Of a DNA stretch of 64,000 bases, positions 1 to 7,537 are shown piece after piece. Source of the DNA: an uncultured Acidobacteriota bacterium (GTDB lineage: Bacteria > Acidobacteriota > Vicinamibacteria > Vicinamibacterales > CAVVIG01); NCBI GenBank assembly GCA_963807925.1, contig CAWEDP010000003.1, positions 98,237-162,236 on the forward strand, in the 5' to 3' direction. The notes below the pieces were generated by a model. The model was not told the origin of the DNA, made no database searches, and saw only the letters and a list, made by a program, of their open reading frames with translations. Every line of letters starts with the position of its first letter. Position 1 is the first letter of the stretch. Position numbers and translations under genes: made by a program.

Positions 1-1175
1 TGGAACGGGTCGTGCGGCAGGAAGGGCAGGTGTTCGGCGAGTTTCCGGAGTACGAGCCGGGCGAATACACCTTTCTCGCCGACTACCTGCCCTACGCGAC
101 CGGCGACGGCATGGAGCACCGCAACAGCACCGTCATGACCGAGGACGGCTCCATACGGACCAACCGCCAGATGCTGCTCGGCACCGTGGCGCACGAGTTC
201 TTCCATTCGTGGAACGTCGAGCGCATCAGACCGCGGTCGCTCGAACCGTTCGATCTGGAGCGGGCGAACATGTCGGGCGAGCTGTGGCTCGCGGAGGGGT
301 TCACGCAGTACTACGGATCGCTGATGATGCAGCGGGCGGGCCTCGCGGACCTCGGTGCGACGTCGGCCGCGTTCACCGAGTTCATCGAGAGCGCGTCGGT
401 GGCGCCCGGGCACGCGGTCCGGTCCGCCGAGGACATGAGCCGCATGGCGCCGTTCACCGACGGCGGGAGGACGGTGGATCGCACCAACTGGTCGACCACC
501 TATGTCTCCTACTACCCGCTCGGCGGCGCGATTGCGCTCGCGCTCGACCTCACGCTCCGGCAGCGATCGGGAGGAGCCGTCTCGCTCGACGACTTCATGC
601 GGGCGATGTGGCGGGTCTACGGCCGGCCCGGCGGCGCGCACGAGGGCGACGTCGATCACCCGTACACGATCGAAGACGTCGAAACGCGGCTGGCGGAGGT
701 GAGCGGCGATGCGGCGTTCGCTCATGACTTCCTGGGCCGCTACGTCCGCGGGCGCGAGAGCGCCGACTACCGCGCGCTGCTCGACCGCGCGGGGTTTACC
801 GTGCGGTTACGCAGTCCCGGGCGCGCCTGGTGGGGCGACGTCCGGCTCGATGCCCGCGGCGGCCGCGTGCTGATTGCCGGGCTGACGCCCATGAACAGCC
901 CTGCGTACGCCGCAGGCCTCGAAGAGGACGATGAGCTGCGGACGATCGACGGCGTGCGGCTGCGCACCGTCGAGGAGGCGACGGCCATCCTCGATCGGGC
1001 GCGGCCGGGCGATGCGCTGCGGATCGGATACATCGACCGCACGGGCGGCGAGAAGCAGACTGTCGTGGTGCTGCGCCAGAATCCGCACGTCGAGGTGCGC
1101 GCCGTGGAGTCGGTCGGGGGAGCGCTGACGGCCGACCAGCGGGCGTTTCGGAGTCGCTGGCTGTCGGCGAAGTAG
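1..1175 (+). CDS. M61 family (glycyl aminopeptidase-like) metallopeptidase with C-terminal PDZ domain; 5' part outside window
   Basis: GMEH, HEFFHSWN zincin motif, LWLAEGFTQYY, YVSYY and a PDZ-like tail (SPAYAAGL..DDELRTIDG); frame open to the window edge. Confidence 0.9.
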   Translation, partial: ERVVRQEGQVFGEFPEYEPGEYTFLADYLPYATGDGMEHRNSTVMTEDGSIRTNRQMLLGTVAHEFFHSWNVERIRPRSLEPFDLERANMSGELWLAEGFTQYYGSLMMQRAGLADLGATSAAFTEFIESASVAPGHAVRSAEDMSRMAPFTDGGRTVDRTNWSTTYVSYYPLGGAIALALDLTLRQRSGGAVSLDDFMRAMWRVYGRPGGAHEGDVDHPYTIEDVETRLAEVSGDAAFAHDFLGRYVRGRESADYRALLDRAGFTVRLRSPGRAWWGDVRLDARGGRVLIAGLTPMNSPAYAAGLEEDDELRTIDGVRLRTVEEATAILDRARPGDALRIGYIDRTGGEKQTVVVLRQNPHVEVRAVESVGGALTADQRAFRSRWLSAK

Positions 1176-1183
1176 GAGACCGT

Positions 1184-1780
1184 ATGGCGCTGCCGTGGCT
1201 GCGGATTCTCGATGCGGTGCTCGGCGTCACCGACATCGCGATGTCCCGCCGCCCGCCGCGGCCCGGCGGCTCCGACGACCGCGCGCTCGCCGCGTCGAGC
1301 CCGCCGGCCGCCGGGGCGCTCGAAGCCCGTCTCGCCGGCGTGGTCGTTGCGGCGTTGAAGGAAGCATTCGACCGCGACACGCGGCGCCTGGATCTCGAGC
1401 GCGAACGGGCGGAGGCGGACCGTCAGCGGGCCGAACGCGCGCTCCGGCTCGAGTGGCTGCGGCAGGCGGCGGATCGCGAAATCGGCCGGCTGCGGCTCAT
1501 CGCCGGCCTGGCCGCCGCCGCGTGGCTGGGCACGCTCCTGTTCGCCTCGCGCGTCACCGGCGGGGGCGTCGCCGGACGCGCGCTGCTGGGGGCCGGATGG
1601 GCGCTCCTGCTGGCCGCGCTGGCGACGGCGCTCTCGGGACAGGCCGGCGTCATCAAGGTCGTCGAACGGGCGCAGGCCGGCCGCGACGAACCCTTCGAGG
1701 CGGGCGTCGCCGGCGCGGTCGCGTCGTGGCTCATCGTCGCGGGCCTCGGGCTGGTCGCCGTGGCGGCCCTCGTCACGTGA
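1184..1780 (+). CDS. hypothetical membrane protein (charged coiled-coil segment plus about 3 TM helices)
   Basis: AGGAG RBS before ATG 1184; hydrophobic C-terminal segments; fills the gap between two + strand genes. Confidence 0.75.
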   Translation: MALPWLRILDAVLGVTDIAMSRRPPRPGGSDDRALAASSPPAAGALEARLAGVVVAALKEAFDRDTRRLDLERERAEADRQRAERALRLEWLRQAADREIGRLRLIAGLAAAAWLGTLLFASRVTGGGVAGRALLGAGWALLLAALATALSGQAGVIKVVERAQAGRDEPFEAGVAGAVASWLIVAGLGLVAVAALVT

Positions 1781-1795
1781 GGTTCGGGCAGGTTC

Positions 1796-1801
1796 TATAC
1801 T
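1796..1801 (+). promoter_or_regulatory. -10 element (TATACT) 6 nt before the argH GTG; probable leaderless promoter
   Basis: TATACT-CTCGAC-GTG, no SD visible. Confidence 0.5.
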
Positions 1802-1807
1802 CTCGAC

Positions 1808-3262
1808 GTGAGGTTTGCCCCGGAGTACGTCGCGCAGGTGCTCAGCGAGAATTTCGAGGACGCCAAGGCGCTCTTCGCGGGCCCGCTCCTCGCCATTCAC
1901 TACGCGCACCTCGTCATGCTCGCCGAACGGCGCATCGTCGCTCCCGAGACGGCGCACGCGATTCGGGCCGCCCTCGACGAGGTGGCGACGCAGGACCTCG
2001 GCGCGGCGCGATACGACGGGAGCGTCGAAGACCTGTTCTTCTACCTGGAACGGCTGATCGTCGAGCGCTGCGGCGAGGCCGCGGCGGGCCGCCTCCACAC
2101 GGCGCGCAGCCGGAACGACATCGACATGACGATGTACCGGATGCGGCAACGCGAGCTCGTGCTCGGGCTGGCGGCGGCGTCCTTCGATCTGCGGCGCGTG
2201 CTGCTCGAGATCGCGGGGCGCCATCGCGAGACGATCTTCAACGTCCATACGCACACGCAGCGCGCGCAGCCCTCGACGGTCGCGCACTACCTGCTCGCGA
2301 TCGTGGAGCAACTGGAGCGAGACGCGGTCCGGCTGCGGGCCGCCTACGACGTCACGAACCGGTGTCCCCTCGGCGCCTGCGCCATCACCGGCACCGGCTT
2401 TCCGATCGACCGGACGCTCACGTCGGATCTGCTCGGCTTCTGCGGGCCGACCGGCAACACGTACGGGAGCATCGCGACGGTCGACTACCTGCTCGAGAGC
2501 ATGTCGGCGTCCGCCGTGCTGCTCGTCGGGCTCGGCCGCTTCGTGCAGGATCTGCTGCTCTGGTGCTCGGCCGAGTTCGGCTATCTTCGGCTCGCCGACG
2601 GCTTCGTGCAGTCGAGCAGCGTGATGCCGCAGAAGCGAAACCCGGTGGCCCTCGAGCACGTCCGCGCGATCGCCAGCAAAGCGCTCGGCCAGTCGCAGGC
2701 CGTGCTCACCGTCGTCCACAACACGCCATTCGGCGACATCGTCGACACGGAGGACGATCTGCAGCCGCTCGTCGTCGCGACGTTCCGCGACGCGAGCCGT
2801 GCGGTGAGGCTGGTGTCGGCCGCGATGGCCGCGGCCCAGTTCAATACGTCGCACCTCGACTCGTCGGCCGCTGAAGGGTGGACGACGATCACCGAGCTGG
2901 CCGACACGCTGGTGCGGGACCACGGTTTGCCGTTCAGCATCGCCCATGCGGTGTGCGCGCGGCTGGTCGACGGCAAGGCCCGTGAGCCCGCCGCGTCGCT
3001 GCCGGCGATGCTCGCCGCGGTTTCGACCGACCTGACGGGGACGCCGATTGTGTACTCCGACGCGATGCTGACGCGGATTCTCAGCCCGCGACACTTCGTC
3101 GAGGTGCGCCGCACTCCGGGCGGGCCGTCGCCGGACGAAACGGCGCGCGCGTGTCAGGCGTCGCGCGCGCGGCTCGACGGAGATACCGGCTGGTGGAGCG
3201 CGACGACCGCCGGGTTGAGAGCGGCCGAGGCGCGGTTGGCCGCCCGAAGTCGCGAGCTGTGA
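1808..3262 (+). CDS. argH: argininosuccinate lyase
   Basis: LHTARSRND, HTHTQRAQP, SSSVMPQKRNP fumarase/ASL superfamily signature, 484 aa. Confidence 0.88.
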   Translation: MRFAPEYVAQVLSENFEDAKALFAGPLLAIHYAHLVMLAERRIVAPETAHAIRAALDEVATQDLGAARYDGSVEDLFFYLERLIVERCGEAAAGRLHTARSRNDIDMTMYRMRQRELVLGLAAASFDLRRVLLEIAGRHRETIFNVHTHTQRAQPSTVAHYLLAIVEQLERDAVRLRAAYDVTNRCPLGACAITGTGFPIDRTLTSDLLGFCGPTGNTYGSIATVDYLLESMSASAVLLVGLGRFVQDLLLWCSAEFGYLRLADGFVQSSSVMPQKRNPVALEHVRAIASKALGQSQAVLTVVHNTPFGDIVDTEDDLQPLVVATFRDASRAVRLVSAAMAAAQFNTSHLDSSAAEGWTTITELADTLVRDHGLPFSIAHAVCARLVDGKAREPAASLPAMLAAVSTDLTGTPIVYSDAMLTRILSPRHFVEVRRTPGGPSPDETARACQASRARLDGDTGWWSATTAGLRAAEARLAARSREL

Positions 3263-3312
3263 GCGCCGGGCCGGCGAGGCCGGCGATGATGTCGTGAGGT
3301 GGTGGTGCGAGC

Positions 3313-3396
3313 ATGACCCGACTCTACGTTCAGGTGCTCCTGCTCGAGGCTGCGATTCTGGTCGCGCTGTATCTGTTCGGACGAGCGTTCTCGTGA
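3313..3396 (+). CDS. 27-aa single-TM small protein upstream of the solute symporter (MTRLYVQVLLLEAAILVALYLFGRAFS)
   Basis: read directly from the sequence (below the ORF-track cutoff); GAGGTGG SD upstream; one hydrophobic helix. Confidence 0.65.
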   Translation: MTRLYVQVLLLEAAILVALYLFGRAFS

Positions 3397-3410
3397 GGCG
3401 TGTCCGCCAA

Positions 3411-3445
3411 TCCCTGATTCCTGATCCCTGATCCCTGGTTCCTGA
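3411..3445. repeat. heptamer tandem repeat (TCCCTGA-like) x5
   Basis: TCCCTGA TTCCTGA TCCCTGA TCCCTGG TTCCTGA in intergenic DNA. Confidence 0.85.
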
Positions 3446-3478
3446 TCGCCAACCCGATCGCTGCTGTGGAATCGGCCG

Positions 3479-5185
3479 ATGAGACTGCTCGACTGGATTG
3501 TCGTCGTCGCTTACCTGACGTGGATTGTGTACGACGGTCTGCGTCGATCGCAGGGCACCGACAAAGTCGACGGCTATTTTCTGGCCAACCGCTCGCTGCC
3601 GTGGTGGGCCGTCGGTCTGTCGGTGATGGCGACGCAGATGAGCGCGGTGACGCTCGTCGGGACGACGGGGCAGGCGTACGCGACGGGACTGCGATTCGTG
3701 CAGCTGTACTTCGGGCTGCCGCTCGCGATGGTGATCCTGTCGCTCACCGTCGTGCCGTTCTTCACCCGGGCCCGTGTCTACACGGCGTACGAGTACCTGG
3801 AAAAGCGGTTCGACGTGCGGACGCGCTCGCTGGCGGCACTCCTGTTCCTGGTCGGCCGCGCGCTGTCGCTCGGCGTCACGCTGGCGGCACCCTCGGTCGT
3901 GATGTCGGCGATCCTCGGATGGACGCTGCCGGTCACGGTGCTCGCGATCTGCGTGCCGATGATCCTGTACACCACGATCGGCGGAGTGCAGGCCGTGGCC
4001 TGGACCGACGTCAAGCAGATGTTCGTGGTGGTCGGGGGCATGTGCGCGGCGGTCGCGATTCTGCTGTACGGGATCCTGCACAACGTCGGGCTGGGCGAGG
4101 CGCTCAGCCTGGCCGGCGCCACCGGGCGGCTGAAGGCGATCGACTTCCGCTTCGATCCGCGCGAGACCTACACGTTCTGGTCGGGCACGCTCGGGGGCCT
4201 GTTCCTGATGCTGTCGTACTTCGGGTGCGATCAGAGCCAGGTGCAGCGCTACCTCACGGCCCGATCGGTCGACGAAGCGCGCCACTCGCTGCTGATGAGC
4301 GGATACGTCAAGATTCCACTCCAGCTGCTGATTCTGCTGAGCGGCGTCCTCGTCTTCGTGTTCTACCTGTTCGAGACGCCGCCGATGCTGTTCAATCGCG
4401 CCTATGACGCGCAGGTCGCGGCCAGCCCGTCGGCCGCGGCGTACGCGAGGCTCGAACAGCAGTTCGACGCGGCTCTCGACACGCGGCGCGCCGCGGCGTC
4501 CCGGAGCGACCGCGCCGCGTTCCTGCGGGCGGACGCGCAGGTGAGCGACCTTCGCGCGCAGGCCGCCGGCGTAGTGAAAGACGTGACCGGCGATGCGCGC
4601 TACAACGACGTCAACTACGTTTTCCCGACCTTCATCACGACGCGCATGCCGGTCGGTCTCGTCGGCCTCATGATTGCGGCGATCTTCGCCGCGGCCATGT
4701 CGGCCAGCGGAGGGGAGCTGAACGCCCTCGCGACGTCGACCGTGATCGATTTCTACCGGCGCCACGTCGTGACCGAGGCCCCCGACGCGCATTACCTGCG
4801 CGCATCCAAGGCGGCGACGCTCGTCTGGGGACTGTTCGCCTGCATCGTCGCCATGTACTCGGCCAATCAGGGATCGCTCGTCGAGGTCGTCAACCGGTAC
4901 GGGTCCTTCTTCTACGGGTCGCTGCTCGGCGTCTTCATCCTCGCGATCGGCGCCAGGCGCGCCACGGCGCGCGGGGCGTTCTGGGGCATGATCGCCGGCA
5001 TGGCCGTCGTGCTGACGGTGGCGTTCTCGCCGTGGACGCGGGATATCGCGTTTCTCTGGCACAACCTGATCGGGGCGGTCGTCGTGGTTGTCGTCGGAAT
5101 GGCGATCAGCCTGACCGAGTCGGGGCAGGCGCCGCCGCTCGTCGTCCCCGCGCACCAATCTGGCGGCCGGGACTCGCTTCTGTAA
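3479..5185 (+). CDS. sodium:solute symporter (SSS) family transporter
   Basis: [43 protein letters not shown], multiple TM helices. Confidence 0.93.
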   Translation: MRLLDWIVVVAYLTWIVYDGLRRSQGTDKVDGYFLANRSLPWWAVGLSVMATQMSAVTLVGTTGQAYATGLRFVQLYFGLPLAMVILSLTVVPFFTRARVYTAYEYLEKRFDVRTRSLAALLFLVGRALSLGVTLAAPSVVMSAILGWTLPVTVLAICVPMILYTTIGGVQAVAWTDVKQMFVVVGGMCAAVAILLYGILHNVGLGEALSLAGATGRLKAIDFRFDPRETYTFWSGTLGGLFLMLSYFGCDQSQVQRYLTARSVDEARHSLLMSGYVKIPLQLLILLSGVLVFVFYLFETPPMLFNRAYDAQVAASPSAAAYARLEQQFDAALDTRRAAASRSDRAAFLRADAQVSDLRAQAAGVVKDVTGDARYNDVNYVFPTFITTRMPVGLVGLMIAAIFAAAMSASGGELNALATSTVIDFYRRHVVTEAPDAHYLRASKAATLVWGLFACIVAMYSANQGSLVEVVNRYGSFFYGSLLGVFILAIGARRATARGAFWGMIAGMAVVLTVAFSPWTRDIAFLWHNLIGAVVVVVVGMAISLTESGQAPPLVVPAHQSGGRDSLL

Positions 5186-5247
5186 GAATTCGCGCCCCCG
5201 CAGCGACACAATCCCCCTGATGTGAAGGACTTGGCGGGCGCGCCGGC

Positions 5248-5262
5248 TGGAACGGCGCTTGC
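5248..5262 (+). promoter_or_regulatory. sigma54 (-24/-12) promoter of the minor pilin cluster
   Basis: TGGAAC-GGCGC-TTGC, GG-N10-GC spacing exact, 17 nt before ATG 5280. Confidence 0.6.
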
Positions 5263-5279
5263 GAGAGGTCCGGGCAGCC

Positions 5280-5846
5280 ATGACTCGCGACCTTCATCCG
5301 ACACGTGACGCCGGGCACGGCCTGATTCAGATGCTGTTCGTCCTCGGGTTCATGAGCGTGCTGTCGGGCATCGCGGTCGTGCAGATCAATGCATCGCGGC
5401 CGGTCCTCAAGGGCGACGGCGCGATGCGGGTGGTGCTGTCGCAGGTCAACCAGGCCCGCGAGCTCGCCATCACCGAGCGGCGCTTCGTCCGTGTGGCGTT
5501 TACCGCGCCGAACCTGGTCCAGGTGATTCGCGAGGACACGCCGACCACGACTACCACGCTGTCCTCGGTGCTGCTCGAAGGCGGCGTCCAGTTCACCCTC
5601 ATCAGCGGTCTGCCCGATACGCCCGATGCGTTCGGTAACAGCGCGGCCGTCTCGTTCGGTTCGGCGGTGAACGTGAAATTCACGCCGGACGGCGACATGG
5701 TGGACCAGGACGGCGCGGGCATCGACGGCTCGGTGTTCCTGGCCATTCCCGCGCAGCGGCAGTCGGCCCGCGCGGTGACGGTGCTCGGGCCGACGGGACG
5801 GGTGCGCGGATACAAGTGGAACGGGGCGCGCTGGGTTCTCGGATAG
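5280..5846 (+). CDS. FimT/FimU/GspH-like minor pilin
   Basis: short leader, G then hydrophobic helix, QARELAITERR, FTPDG; first gene of the pilin cluster. Confidence 0.75.
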   Translation: MTRDLHPTRDAGHGLIQMLFVLGFMSVLSGIAVVQINASRPVLKGDGAMRVVLSQVNQARELAITERRFVRVAFTAPNLVQVIREDTPTTTTTLSSVLLEGGVQFTLISGLPDTPDAFGNSAAVSFGSAVNVKFTPDGDMVDQDGAGIDGSVFLAIPAQRQSARAVTVLGPTGRVRGYKWNGARWVLG

Positions 5847-5850
5847 GTCG

Positions 5851-6402
5851 ATGGCTGCGCACACCTCGCCCCATCGTGGGTTCTCGCTCATCGAGACGCT
5901 CGTCGCGCTGGGGGTCCTGACGACGGGCGTGCTGGGCGCGGTGGCGGTGCTCGCCACGGGCATGCAGCACCTCAGCGCCTCGCCGTCCGAGGTCGTCGCC
6001 ACCCAGAAGGCGGCGCAGGCGGTGGAGGCGGTGTTCAGCGCGCGCGACTCGCACAAGCTGACCTGGGCGCAGATCCGCAACGTGCACGGCGCCTCCGGCA
6101 ACGACGCCGGCATCTTCCTCGACGGTCCGACTCCCCTGAAGATGCCGGGCGCGGACGGGCTCGTGAACACACCCGACGACGCCGCGGCGATCGAGACGAT
6201 GACGCTGCCGGGGCCCGACCAGCTGATCGGCACCTCCGACGACCGGACGGTCACGCTGGCCCAGTACACGCGGGAGATTTCGATCCGCGACGTGCCGGGC
6301 GAGAACGGTCAGCTTCGATCGATCGTCGTGACGATCGTGTATCAGAACGGCCCGACGCGGCGGACCTACACGTTGTCGACGTTCATCTCGGCCTACTCGT
6401 AA
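5851..6402 (+). CDS. PilV/GspI-like minor pilin
   Basis: class III signal RG|FSLIETLVAL. Confidence 0.85.
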   Translation: MAAHTSPHRGFSLIETLVALGVLTTGVLGAVAVLATGMQHLSASPSEVVATQKAAQAVEAVFSARDSHKLTWAQIRNVHGASGNDAGIFLDGPTPLKMPGADGLVNTPDDAAAIETMTLPGPDQLIGTSDDRTVTLAQYTREISIRDVPGENGQLRSIVVTIVYQNGPTRRTYTLSTFISAYS

Positions 6403-6417
6403 CGAGGAAGCGGTTCG

Positions 6418-7537
6418 ATGATCAGGATCTCGGGCAGCCGCGGTTTCACGCTGGTGGAGCTGCTCATCGCCACGACGATTGCACTGCTGCTGGCGGCGGC
6501 GGCGCTCTCGACGTTCAGGAACGGCCTGATGGTCAACGATTCGGCGGCGCAGATGAGCGACGCGAACCAGAACCTCCGGGCCGGCTCGAACAGGCTGATC
6601 CGCGATCTCATGCAGGCAGGCCGGATCATCGGGCCCGAGGGGATCCCGATGCCGGCCGGCGCCGGCGTGCAGTCGTTCATGCGGCCGGGGCCGGTCGCGA
6701 ACCTGACGTTCGACCTGGTGGTCGATGCGACGACGACGCTGAATCTTCCAAGTCTCGAGACCGGGTATCAGCTCGGGCCGACCGTGGCCGGAGCGCACAC
6801 CGACATCGTGACGATCATGACCGTGGACGAGTTCATGCCGGTGATCCAGACGCCTCCGGCGGCGCCCGCGTCCCCAACCCCGGTCGAAGGTACGATCGCG
6901 CCGAACGGCCAGTCGGTGGCCTTCCCGTCGAACTCGGTCTGGCTCGCGGGCGACCCGGTCAACGGGTCGGGCGCCATCCAGGTCGGCGACCTCGTCCTGT
7001 TCAAGAATCCGATCGGCACGGCGCTCGTGAGCGTGACGGGCAAGGACTCGACGCACATCTACTTCGGCGCGCTCGACTGGTTCCGATTCAACCAGTTCAA
7101 CGTGCCGCAGGTCCCGATCCTGCTGATGAAACAGGTGGCGGACACGACCACGGCCTGGACGCAGAAGACCACGATCTTCCGCGCGCTGATGATCACCTAC
7201 TTCGTCGACAACAGCGTGCCGGGCGCGCCGCCGCGGCTGATGCGGCAGGTGAATCACTTTTCGCCCCAGGCGCTCGCGGGCGTCGTCGAGGACCTCGATC
7301 TCGACGTACGACCTGGTCGACGGCGTCAACAATCCGACCGAGATCACCTCGCTGCCGTACACCGACGCCGCCGCGGGGGTGACCTACACGTCGAACCAGA
7401 TCCGGAAAGTGAACATCCACCTCGGCGTCCGCTCAGAGCTCATCTCCCAGCCTGCGCAAGACTATGTCCGCAACCACATCTCCACGTCTGTCGATGTCCG
7501 AAGTCTGGCGAGCGTCGATCGCTATGTCTCGCAGTAG
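6418..7537 (+). CDS. PilW/GspJ-like minor pilin, with a +1 frameshift near 7303
   Basis: RG|FTLVELLIA; removing one base near 7303 gives ..EDLDLTYDLVDG..QIRKVNIHLGVRS..VDVRSLASVDRYVSQ, stop TAG 7535-7537 overlapping the next start. Confidence 0.8.

Noticed and set aside
767..5281. 1504-aa minus-strand ORF and many other long antisense ORFs (e.g. 7440..10286, 28348..31671, 41070..43373)
   Set aside because: Arg/Gly-rich shadow frames opposite clearly recognisable genes; expected in high-GC DNA
7290..7320. Programmed frameshift or phase variation in pilW
   Set aside because: No slippery heptamer, homopolymer or short repeat tract; other single-base insertions in the window point to sequencing error
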